Source of the DNA: an uncultured delta proteobacterium
GTDB lineage: Bacteria; Myxococcota_A; Polyangia; Fen-1088
Reading direction: 5' to 3'
NCBI GenBank assembly: GCA_963767925.1
Contig: CAVYGB010000001.1
Span: 411,866 to 475,865, forward strand
Length of the DNA stretch: 64,000 nucleotides
A program made the position numbers and the translations under genes. Numbering within the stretch: position 1 is the stretch's first letter; the number at the start of each line of letters is the position of its first letter. Shown one piece after another: positions 55,724 to 64,000 of the stretch. The notes beneath the pieces were generated by a model. The model was not told the origin of the DNA. It ran no database searches and saw only the letters and a program-made list of their open reading frames with translations.

Positions 55724-57358
55724 GTGCCTCGGTGTGACGCGCCGGAATCACGACAGTCGAGTCCGGGTGAGGGCTCCTCGGGCGCGCGCGCCGTCCAGAC
55801 CGGCGGCAATCCAGCTCACCAGGGGGGTGGATCGCCATTTGCTGGTGCTGCGGCTGTGCCGCCCGGCTCGCCTTCACGTCTCGATCTTGCGCCGCTCCGG
55901 CAGCCGCTCTGGTGGGGGGCGCTCGCCCTCCTGCTCGTGAACGACAACCTGCTCAAGGGGAGCGGTCTGGCACCGGCCTGGCTCACCGGCAAGCTCAGCG
56001 ATCTTGCCTTCCTGGTCGTGGCGCCGGTGCTGCTGGCGGCGCTGCTGCCGGTGACCTTGCCGGAACGGAGAGCCCTGGCGGTCGCCGCCGTGGTGCTGGT
56101 GTACGCCGCCGCCGACCTCTCCCCGACGGTCTCCGAGGCAATCGTCGGGTTGGCCGCTCGGGTGGGGCTCCGCTGGCGGCTCTGGCCGGATCCCACGGAT
56201 CTCCTCGCCCTCGCCGTGTTGCCGGTGACCTGGCGGTGCTTGTCCGCGGGCGGCCCGGGCGCAGCGAGCCCGCCCGCTCGGGCTGCCTCCCGCCTGCGCC
56301 CGCTGGTCGAGAGCCTCGGGATCTGGATGGGGGCGTTTGCATGTCTGGCCACCAGCGGTCCTCCAGAGTTTCCGCACGCGCCGTTCCTGGTCAATCAGAC
56401 CTCCGCGGTTCAGCCGGTCCGGTTGACCTGGTTGCTCCGACGGGTCGATTGCCAAACGGATCTCGCCGAGCTGGCCGGCACGCTCGACCCGAGCGACCTC
56501 GACGAGCCTCGCTCGGCCGACCTCGCCAGCGGAGAAGTCGCGACGCTCGAGGCGCCGCTCCGCCCCGGACAGCCGCTGGTCGGGCACTGCCCGGCTCCCC
56601 GCGGGACGACCGTCGATTCGGTCTGCACCGGTGTGATGGTGGAGGCGCCGGGGCTGGCAGTCCTCGTCGTCGCGCCCACCTATTGGCTGGAGACCGAGCG
56701 ACCTTCGCGGTGCTGCGAAGCGGGCAACGCCGCCGGCATGGCGTGTCGTCTCGCGCTCGACGCCGATCCCGGACTGGAGGGGCTGGCCCTCCGCGAACGG
56801 GACGGCACGCTCGCGGTGACCGCGGGAGACAAGCTTCGCGTGATTCCGATCGTGCCCGCCAGCGTGGCCGCCCGTCCCGCGGACCCAGCCGGCTGCCGGG
56901 CGCTCATCGGCCAGCACCAGGCGATCGTCCAGCGCGGGTCGACCTGCGCGGTCGATGCGGACTGCCGGTCGATCGAGGCGCTACCGGTGCCCGGCGGCGC
57001 GTGCCACCTGCCGACCGGCTCGCAGCCAGGCGACGACGCCGAGCTCGCAGACCTCCGTGTCCGCTGGACAGAAGCCTGCGTCGTTGCCAGGCCCCACACC
57101 TGTCCGCCGCCGCAGCCGGTGATCTGCCGGACCGGCGCCTGTCGCGAGATCTGCGAAGGCCTGGCGCTCGCGTGGTGCCCCGGGAAGTGCCGGGACCTGG
57201 GCGCTCGCCGGCTTGTCGCAGGCGCCTCCTGTCCTCTCGACGGCCTGACCTGCGAAGACGACCAGGGCGCCTGGTGCACCTGCACGGGCCGCATCGTCCG
57301 CTGCGCGCCACCACCTTTGCCCCCCGGCTGCTCGATCGCCTGCGTCCCCCGAGAGTAG
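55724..57358 (+). CDS. Membrane protein with a Cys-rich extracytoplasmic region (true start probably further downstream)
   Basis: ALALLLVNDNLLK...WLTGKLSDLA...DPTDLLAL membrane domain, FACLATS, then many Cys. Confidence 0.7.
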   Translation: MPRCDAPESRQSSPGEGSSGARAVQTGGNPAHQGGGSPFAGAAAVPPGSPSRLDLAPLRQPLWWGALALLLVNDNLLKGSGLAPAWLTGKLSDLAFLVVAPVLLAALLPVTLPERRALAVAAVVLVYAAADLSPTVSEAIVGLAARVGLRWRLWPDPTDLLALAVLPVTWRCLSAGGPGAASPPARAASRLRPLVESLGIWMGAFACLATSGPPEFPHAPFLVNQTSAVQPVRLTWLLRRVDCQTDLAELAGTLDPSDLDEPRSADLASGEVATLEAPLRPGQPLVGHCPAPRGTTVDSVCTGVMVEAPGLAVLVVAPTYWLETERPSRCCEAGNAAGMACRLALDADPGLEGLALRERDGTLAVTAGDKLRVIPIVPASVAARPADPAGCRALIGQHQAIVQRGSTCAVDADCRSIEALPVPGGACHLPTGSQPGDDAELADLRVRWTEACVVARPHTCPPPQPVICRTGACREICEGLALAWCPGKCRDLGARRLVAGASCPLDGLTCEDDQGAWCTCTGRIVRCAPPPLPPGCSIACVPRE

Positions 57359-57403
57359 ACCACCCGCGCCTTCTACCGGGCGCCTGTCCTTCCCCGGGGA
57401 ACC

Positions 57404-57655
57404 TCAGCGGGCCTGGCACTGGCTCCAGGGCTCACGGACGAAGTAGAGGGCGTCGCGGGCCTGCACCTCCATGCCCCCTCGGGACCAGGTTCCCCAGCGG
57501 GTGACGAACTTCTTGTTGGCCTCGCGGCGCTGATCGAAGGCATGGAAGATGGCCACCGGCTGCTCGGCCGGCCAGGCCGAGCCAGCGACGACCACCCCGA
57601 TCAGCCCACAGACCACCCCGACCACTCGATTCCAGGAAGTGCGCATCGAGCTCAT
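57404..57655 (-). pseudogene. Collapsed secreted alpha-amylase (GH13-like), in-frame N/C fusion
   Basis: Signal peptide plus AIFHAFDQR joined to REANKKFVTRWG...RDALYF; only 83 aa. Confidence 0.5.
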
Positions 57656-57668
57656 GAACACCTCGGGC

Positions 57669-60245
57669 TCAGTTGAATAGCAGGCGGAGGCCGACGGTGC
57701 CCCGGAGCTGGAATCGCGAGTGGGACAGCGGCGTCTCGTGGGTGCGGTGGGCAGCCGAAACGCGCCCACAATCGTTGCGACCCGTGCAGCCGCCGCCTTC
57801 GCCCACGTAGTAGTTCCCCGTGATGTCGACGAAGAGTCGCTGGAAGATCGTCGCTCCGAACAGGAGCTCCGGACCGTGCCGCCACATGTACCGGTCGACG
57901 GGGAGCAGCCGTCCCCGCCACAGGACCTGCCAGCCGGCGCCCATCTCCAGCTGGAAGATGGCCGGCCAGGCCACTGGTTGCTCCCACAACAGGGTTTCCG
58001 ACGCGGAGGCATCGTAGAGGTAGGTCTTCAAGCCCGGTCTCGCCACGGGATCGAGCACCTGCGCGCTGAAACCGGACAGCCGCAGCGCCGTCTGGAGCCG
58101 CAGCGGCAGGTCGACGTAAGGGACGCGCCCTCCGATCTGAAGCTCGACGCCGGTGTCGTTCGTGGCCCCCAGCCCCAGCAGGAAGGAGGGCGGCCGGTAT
58201 TCGAACGCGTTGGCCGCTGCCTTGCCAACCGTCTCGACACCCATGCGGCTCAGGAGGGAGGGCTGGTTGGCGCCGAGACGCTCGATCAGAATCTGGACCT
58301 TCTCGCGAATGGCCCGGGTGGCATTTTGCGGGGTCGCGGGATCGCCGCGATAGGTCAGGTTCTTGAATCGGTAGCCTCCAGCTTCGATGGCGGTGAGGAA
58401 AACCTGGAGCTCGGAGGGTGAGCCCTGGGTCTTGGGCGAAACGGCGTGCGCGCGCAAGCGGGCGGTGGCGTCGACGAGGGCACGGATGTTGGTCGCGCGG
58501 TCCGGACTCATCCCCGTGTCGAGCCGACTGCAGCTGTCGATCTCCGCCGCCTTCACGTTCCGGCCAGCGTGGCGCTCGACCCGCCAGTCCAGCAGACACT
58601 GGAAGATCGGCGATTCCACGGTCACGGGTCGTCCCGTCGCGTTCATCAGCTGGAACGCGAGAGAGCTGCCAGCCAGGTGTTGCCACGCGTCGGCGGCCCC
58701 CGAGAAGAAGTCGTACAGCCGGAAGTCCTCCTCCAGGAAGCCGAAGAAGTTGCGAAAGTGACCGCTCGCGACCGGCATATTTCTGCGGGGTATCTCCAGC
58801 CCTCTCCAGACCTCGGTCTCCGACTGCAAGGTCTCGATCATCTCCGCTTGCGTCGCAGAGTCGATGAACCCTCCGATGAATGGCTGATAGGTGTCGAACA
58901 GACTCTTTGCGATGGGCTTCGGGTCCTGGACGGTGGCAGCGCCCTTTGTCCGCGTCGCTGCCCCCCCGGCCGGCGCGGTCGAAACCGGAGGGCTGGCATC
59001 GACGAACACGGGCTCCCAGCCGATGACGTCCGGCTCCAGAAAGAGGAGCCGAAGGGTGGATAAGTTTTGCTGGTGGACCGCTCCGCGAGACCAGCGCTGC
59101 ATGCGCGCCGCCAGCCGGATTGGCGTGTTGTCGAAGACGCCCCCGTCGATGAACTCGTCCAGGGCTCGCTTGAACGCGTCGCCACTTTCCGGGAGCCGCT
59201 CGAAGACCTCGTATCCGAGCTTTATGGGAGAAAAGGCCAGCGGAAACGACGACGAGGCCTTGAGGAGCTCCACGACGGCTTCGATGCCGAGCGCGCCGTT
59301 GGTTCCGGCCCGGGGGTAGAGACGCCGGATCAGCTCCCCTTCGTCAGCGGCTGGTCCAAAAGGCCGGAACGTGGGCGTGTCCTCGCCCGGCTTCTTGTCC
59401 ATCTCGAGCATGAACTTCTCGCTCTGCTTGGTCACCCAGAGCTTGCCCACGTCGAGCACGTTGAGCCGCCGAGGCAACAGGCGCGTGACGCTGATTCCCA
59501 CCAGTGAATGACAGGACCGACGGCTCCATCCAGCCGGGGAGGCCCACAGGGAAGACAGCCTCTCGACCGCTTCCTTGATTGGCGTCCGTGACAGCAGAGC
59601 CCCAGGCTGTACCTCTGTCTCCGTCATGAGCTGCTCGAGGCCGATCGGGATCCAGGTCTGATAAAAGAGACTGGTCTCGGGGCGCTTTTGACGTTCCCGG
59701 CAGGTCTCCACCGCGGCCAGGAAAGCGTTGATCGACCCGGCGGAGGCGCCGGTGACCAGCGACGGACCGGCATGCTCGTCGACCCGCAGGCCACGCCCCT
59801 GGGCCTCCTCGGCGTCGATGAACTCTCGCAGGGCGACGAGAAACTGCGTGTAGTAGTACATGAACCCGGCCTGGTACGCCCCCAGGCTCACACCGCCCGA
59901 CACGATCAAGCCCGTGGGCCGGTCGAGGTCCTGCTGCAGCAACTGCCGATCCAGCTCCGGACCAGGCGCACCGGGCGGCGACCGCAGCCAGGTCGCCAGA
60001 CGCCTCACGGTATCCGCGTCCCACACCTTCAAAGGCTGTTGCTGCCCTCTCAGCATCGAGCGCCGCTGCAGCGCCGCTTCGAGCTCGGTAGCCCGATTGC
60101 TCGCCGCTTCTGGCGCACCGTCGGGCGCCGAAGCCAGCGCCGCCGTGATGGCCTCCAGGCCGGCCTGCGCCAGGGCCACAGGCTGGTGCAGGAGGAAGGA
60201 CACTCCCGTCAGGGCCATGATCTTCGGAAGCAAGCTCAGCCGCAT
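57669..60245 (-). CDS. Secreted patatin-like phospholipase with a beta-strand-rich C-terminus
   Basis: Signal peptide; SGGVSLGAYQAG, GASAG, ASSSFPLAF, IDGGVFDN. Confidence 0.85.
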   Translation of the reverse strand: MRLSLLPKIMALTGVSFLLHQPVALAQAGLEAITAALASAPDGAPEAASNRATELEAALQRRSMLRGQQQPLKVWDADTVRRLATWLRSPPGAPGPELDRQLLQQDLDRPTGLIVSGGVSLGAYQAGFMYYYTQFLVALREFIDAEEAQGRGLRVDEHAGPSLVTGASAGSINAFLAAVETCRERQKRPETSLFYQTWIPIGLEQLMTETEVQPGALLSRTPIKEAVERLSSLWASPAGWSRRSCHSLVGISVTRLLPRRLNVLDVGKLWVTKQSEKFMLEMDKKPGEDTPTFRPFGPAADEGELIRRLYPRAGTNGALGIEAVVELLKASSSFPLAFSPIKLGYEVFERLPESGDAFKRALDEFIDGGVFDNTPIRLAARMQRWSRGAVHQQNLSTLRLLFLEPDVIGWEPVFVDASPPVSTAPAGGAATRTKGAATVQDPKPIAKSLFDTYQPFIGGFIDSATQAEMIETLQSETEVWRGLEIPRRNMPVASGHFRNFFGFLEEDFRLYDFFSGAADAWQHLAGSSLAFQLMNATGRPVTVESPIFQCLLDWRVERHAGRNVKAAEIDSCSRLDTGMSPDRATNIRALVDATARLRAHAVSPKTQGSPSELQVFLTAIEAGGYRFKNLTYRGDPATPQNATRAIREKVQILIERLGANQPSLLSRMGVETVGKAAANAFEYRPPSFLLGLGATNDTGVELQIGGRVPYVDLPLRLQTALRLSGFSAQVLDPVARPGLKTYLYDASASETLLWEQPVAWPAIFQLEMGAGWQVLWRGRLLPVDRYMWRHGPELLFGATIFQRLFVDITGNYYVGEGGGCTGRNDCGRVSAAHRTHETPLSHSRFQLRGTVGLRLLFN

Positions 60246-60283
60246 GTCCCTGAAACGATCCACGGAGCGCTTCTTCCGAGGCA

Positions 60284-60346
60284 ACGACTGCCAGCTTGCT
60301 GCTCATGGCGGGCGCGAACCCGGCCGCCGTCCAGCGAATCCTGCGG
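60284..60346 (+). mobile_element. Tyrosine integrase C-terminal remnant
   Basis: TTASLLLMAGANPAAVQRILR, the segment just before the catalytic His/Tyr box; truncated. Confidence 0.65.
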
Positions 60347-60364
60347 CTCGGCCCCGCGGGGTGG

Positions 60365-60421
60365 GTGATCGAGGCGATTCGACTGTGGGCGCGGCGGGAC
60401 TCGAACTACCCCCGGCTTCGG
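60365..60421 (-). repeat. tRNA 3'-half/att-like remnant, copy 1 (degenerate)
   Basis: Near-identical to 63070-63130, with a small deletion in the T-arm. Confidence 0.7.
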
Positions 60422-60754
60422 GGTGGTCATCAGGGGGGGGGCTGGTGGCTCAGCCTTTCGGCAAACGGAATCGACTTCTCCCCCATGGTGGCCTGTCCAC
60501 CGCTCGTACCGAGACGCTCCGGCTGAATCCGGAGCAGATGGCCACCCCGGGGATCCCGCTCTGCGCGCTGGACACGCAGACCTGCCGGGAGACGCCGTCG
60601 TTCTTCGCCCACTGGAAGCAGATGGGGTTCCCCCTGTCGGGCCCCTTCCGCATCGACGCCGGCGAGCCCCTGCACGTTCGCATCGAGCCGTTCACCGTCG
60701 AGGATGACCGCCGGGACGGGCGCTGGCCGTCCGCCAGGGCCTTCGCGAGGTCAC

Positions 60755-61240
60755 TCAGGACGAGGTGACGTCCAAACCCTGGGCAACGGAGAGAACCCGC
60801 CCGTAGAGCACTCGGGCCCGGCCACGGATGGGCAGCGCCTGCTCGCTCACCTCGTCGAAGCTCTGGGCGCGCGCCAGCTCCGTCAGGTGGCGCATCCACG
60901 GCTTGTACGAGATTCCGTTGTCGCTGCAGCAGGGAACCACCGCGAAAGCGATGCGGTGGAGCGCGGCGTATTCGATGATCACACGGGTGGCGCCATCCGG
61001 GTGCATGCCCACCACCAGCTCCGCATCGCACGGTTCGTCCAGGGTGAAGCAGCGCTCGACGTAGGCGACGCTCAGGTGCCAGTGGCGCCGGTCGAAGGTG
61101 ACCACCTGGGCGCCTCGCGCGGCGAGCGCCTCGTTCAGCTTGCAGTCGCTGGCGTCGATGGTGACGGGCCCGTGGCGGCAGCCCCGCTCGCGCAGGAAGG
61201 CCCGGAAGCCGGAGGTGTGGCCGCGCGCGGGGGCCGGGAG
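60755..61240 (-). pseudogene. Methyltransferase-like protein, N-terminus apparently lost
   Basis: ELVVGMHPDGATRVII...FAVVPCC motif; no glycine-rich SAM motif or clear start. Confidence 0.45.
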
Positions 61241-61352
61241 GGCGCGCGCCGGCTCGTGCTCGCGACAATCGCCGTGTCGGACGCGCTTTCTCCGGCAAGA
61301 CCCGCGGGGTCGATCTACCCTTGTCGGCACAGCAGAGCCGGCGGACCCGACC

Positions 61353-62192
61353 GTGATCGACACCCACTGCCACCTCGACCTGCCGGCGTTCGACCCCGAC
61401 CGCGCCGCGACGCTCAGCCGCGCCCGGGCGGCCGGGGTGGAAGGCGTCCTCGTACCGGGGATCCGCCCAGCGACCTGGAACGCGCTGGCCGACCTGCCCG
61501 CGCGTCACCCCGGCGTGGCCATCGCCCTCGGCGTTCACCCTCAGATCCTGCCGGATCTCGACGCTGACGAGCGAGCCCGCTGCCGCGACCTGGTTGCCAC
61601 CTTGACCACCGCGATCGACGCCGCTGGTCCCGCGGTGGTCGCCATCGGGGAATGCGGTCTGGACGGAACCAGCGGCGAACGCGACGAGCAGGAGCGGGTG
61701 ATGCGGGCGCACGTCCGTGCCGCGCGCGCCCTGGGGCTGCCGCTCATCCTGCACGTCTACCGGGCCCACGACCTGGCGCCGCGCCTGCTCCGCGACGAGC
61801 GCGCCGGTGAGGTCGGCGGCGTCCTCCATAGCTACTCGGGCAGCGCCGACCTGGTTCCTGTCTATCGCGACCTCGGCTTCGCCTTCTCCTTCGCCGGGCC
61901 GGTCACGTATCCAGGGGCGCGCCGCCCCCGCGCCGCGGCGGGCGCTGTGCCGGCGGACCTCCTCCTGGCCGAGACGGACGCTCCTGACCAGGCACCAGAG
62001 CCACATCGCGGTGGCCGCTCGGAGCCGGCCTTCGTCTCCGAGATCGTGCGGGGCCTGGCTGCCGCGCGGGGCGTCGCACCGGCCGAGATCGCTTCCCTGA
62101 CAGCAGCCAATGCCCACCGTCTGTTTCCCAGGGCACGGTCAATCTGGTCAATCAGCCTCGTCAATGGCAATGAGATCGTACCTGACCAATGA
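61353..62192 (+). CDS. tatD: TatD-family hydrolase/DNase
   Basis: IDTHCHLD, GVHP, IGECGLD, HSYSGS, ETDAPD. Confidence 0.92.
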   Translation: MIDTHCHLDLPAFDPDRAATLSRARAAGVEGVLVPGIRPATWNALADLPARHPGVAIALGVHPQILPDLDADERARCRDLVATLTTAIDAAGPAVVAIGECGLDGTSGERDEQERVMRAHVRAARALGLPLILHVYRAHDLAPRLLRDERAGEVGGVLHSYSGSADLVPVYRDLGFAFSFAGPVTYPGARRPRAAAGAVPADLLLAETDAPDQAPEPHRGGRSEPAFVSEIVRGLAAARGVAPAEIASLTAANAHRLFPRARSIWSISLVNGNEIVPDQ

Positions 62193-63031
62193 GTGATCCG
62201 ACTACCCACCGCCGCTTCGACCGCACCGCTCGCCTGATCGGCGATGAGGGCATCGGCCGTCTCGCCGCCTCCACCGTCACCGTCTTCGGCGTCGGCGGTG
62301 TCGGCTCGTTCGCCGCTGAAGCGCTGGTCCGCAGCGGCGTCGGCCGGGTCATCCTCGTCGACTACGACCGGATCTGCGTGACCAACGTGAACCGGCAGAT
62401 ACACGCCCTCAAGGGAACCCTCGGCAAGCCGAAGGTCGAGATCATGGCCGAGCGGCTGCGCCTCATCAATCCCGACGCCACCATCGTTGCTCGGGCCGAG
62501 TTCTACTCGGAGAAGACCTCGGCGCAGCTCCTCACCCCGGAACCGGACGTCGTCATCGACGCCATCGACAACGTCACCGCGAAGATGCACCTCATCGCCA
62601 CGTGCGTGCGCGACCGGCTCCGGTTGGTGTCGACGATGGGCGCGGCGGCCCGCCTCGATCCGACCCGGCTCCGGGTGTCGGATCTCGCCGAAACGAGAGT
62701 CGACCCGTTCGCCCGTGACCTGCGCAGGGGCCTGCGGCGAAAACACGGACTGGACTGCACGCGGCGGCTCGGGGTGACCGCGATCTACTCCGAGGAGCCA
62801 CCGCAGCCGCCGCGCTCGCTGGCCTACGACGGCGGCGCCTTCCGGTGTGTCTGCCCGGGTGGTGACAACGGGGTCAACGACTGCGAGCGAAAGAACCGGA
62901 TCGAGGGCTCCGTTGCCTTCGTGCCCGCCGTGTTCGGCATGACCGCGGCCGGTGTGGCGGTCAAGCTCCTGCTCGGACTACCCGTGACTTCTCGGGCCCG
63001 CGACAGTCTCGATCACGCACGCCCGGGGTAG
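62189..63031 (+). CDS. tcdA: tRNA threonylcarbamoyladenosine dehydratase (TcdA/CsdL, ThiF family)
   Basis: GVGGVGSFAAEALVRSGVG, DYDRICVTNVNRQ, DAID, MGAAARLDP, GSVAFVPAVFG. Confidence 0.9.
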   Translation: MSDPTTHRRFDRTARLIGDEGIGRLAASTVTVFGVGGVGSFAAEALVRSGVGRVILVDYDRICVTNVNRQIHALKGTLGKPKVEIMAERLRLINPDATIVARAEFYSEKTSAQLLTPEPDVVIDAIDNVTAKMHLIATCVRDRLRLVSTMGAAARLDPTRLRVSDLAETRVDPFARDLRRGLRRKHGLDCTRRLGVTAIYSEEPPQPPRSLAYDGGAFRCVCPGGDNGVNDCERKNRIEGSVAFVPAVFGMTAAGVAVKLLLGLPVTSRARDSLDHARPG

Positions 63032-63069
63032 GGCCAGGGCCCGAGCCTCACTCCGGCCGCGCGAGCCGA

Positions 63070-63130
63070 GTGATCGGGCGATTCGACTGTGGGCGCGGCG
63101 GGACTCGAACCCACTACCCCCCGGCTTCGG
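63070..63130 (-). repeat. tRNA-Arg(CCG)-like 3'-half/att-like remnant, copy 2
   Basis: Minus strand reads tCCGaa, then gtggg-ttcgagt-cccgc (T-arm) and cgcgccca. No 5' half present. Confidence 0.7.
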
Positions 63131-63292
63131 ACGAGCGGGGCGCCTCGCAGAGCAACATCCTCCGCAACAACCTGCTCGCCTACAGCAGCTACCTGGCGAC
63201 GGTCCACCGCGGGTTCTGAGGGACGGCGCGAGGGGCTGCGCGCAACACCGGGTCCCCCACGCTCTGCTGCGGGGGGACCGCGCGTGGCCTGG

Positions 63293-63510
63293 TTACTTCG
63301 CGGCGGACTTGGGGGCCTCGAGCAGGTTGGCGTCCATCTTGCCCTTCTGGAAGGCGCCCATCAGGCAGTCGGCGCCGGGGGCACAGGCGCTGAAATGCTT
63401 CAGCTTGCCCGGCTGCTTGAAGTAAGAGCCCGCCGGCAGCGGCTTGGCCGAGGCCTGGTCCTCACCCTCGTGCCAGTGCGAGACCACGCCCGAGATCACG
63501 ACCGCTTCCA
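63293..63510 (-). pseudogene. C-terminal fragment of a cupin (DUF4437-like) protein
   Basis: AVVISG...LPAGSYFKQPGKLKHFSAC...C...GKMD; N-terminus missing. Confidence 0.5.
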
Positions 63511-63615
63511 TAAGGTCCAGCCGGACAGCCGCTGGTCGGCCCTCGGCTCGCAGTCGAAGCGCAGGACGTGGCCGTCGGGGGTCCCGGACGTGCATCTCGA
63601 TTGGAGGTCGCGGGT

Positions 63616-63790
63616 TCAGAACGCGAGCCCGAGGGCCAGGCGGACGCGGACGGCGGTGTCCCCCTTCGAATACCGATCCTTCCAGAGGAACCGGCACCAC
63701 CCCGCCTCGTTCTGGCAGGTCGCCTGGCCGGACTGGTTGAGCGCCACCTGGGGGCCCACGCCGATGAGGAGGCTGGGGGCGGTATGCGAC
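63616..63790 (-). pseudogene. Possible C-terminal fragment of an outer-membrane beta-barrel protein
   Basis: Ends AVRVRLALGLAF-stop, like a beta-signal; no upstream body. Confidence 0.3.
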
Positions 63791-63837
63791 CGATGAGTTT
63801 CGGGTCCCTCCGTCGTCACACAGGGCAGGAGGCGACC

Positions 63838-64000
63838 ATGACGACCCAGACAATGACGACCCTGCTGGCCGCGACGCTGGCCCTTTCGATAGCAGGGGCT
63901 GCGGACGGCTCGGAACCCAGGAAGATCACCGGAAAAAAGAAGATGACGAAGGCGACGATGAAGTCTGGCTACGCGCAGTCGAACGGGGCGAAGGTCTACT
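63838..64000 (+). CDS. Secreted alpha/beta hydrolase, N-terminus only (runs off the window)
   Basis: RBS aggagg, signal peptide, KSGYAQSNGAKVY. Confidence 0.55.
   Translation, partial: MTTQTMTTLLAATLALSIAGAADGSEPRKITGKKKMTKATMKSGYAQSNGAKVY

Noticed and set aside
60365..63130. Functional tRNA genes at the two repeats
   Set aside because: Only anticodon-loop to 3' sequence is present; D-arm and 5' acceptor strand are missing, and copy 1 has a broken T-arm.
32465..64000. Hydrolase C-terminal relic (32465) and N-terminus (63838) as halves of one gene
   Set aside because: Wrong order for a simple insertion, and the second gene runs off the window and may be complete.

Overview
High-GC bacterial DNA, most likely from a Myxococcota-type organism (inferred from the Cys-rich lipoproteins and a myxobacterial-type integrase remnant). 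It is an accessory, mosaic region with no rRNA, intact tRNA or CRISPR array. In order it holds: the 3' part of a type II secretion secretin (gspD); a large lipoprotein with 17 NLGGx repeats and carbohydrate-binding modules; a groEL with no groES, convergent on an NhaR-type LysR regulator, plus HPF and small-protein genes sharing an upstream motif; a PAS/GAF histidine kinase and a CheB-CheR-PAS fusion; yccA, psiE, patatin, ArsR-SRPBCC, arylsulfatase and a frameshifted GH63-like glucosidase; a secreted 8-Cys peptide gene with an ABC exporter; a PL6 lyase; a 2220-aa SpvB/FG-GAP/RHS toxin with an overlapping immunity gene; a thrC-like gene plus permease; ThuA, cupin, Fic, a VapBC-like module and a large patatin; and tatD-tcdA between two tRNA-Arg 3'-half remnants. 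About 15 genes are relics, several with the N-terminus joined directly to the C-terminus. Best novelty candidates are the bacteriocin-like peptide/ABC cassette, the putative NhaR regulon including groEL, the lipoprotein RHS toxin and the gene-collapse pattern. Family calls come from motif recognition only; no database search was run.
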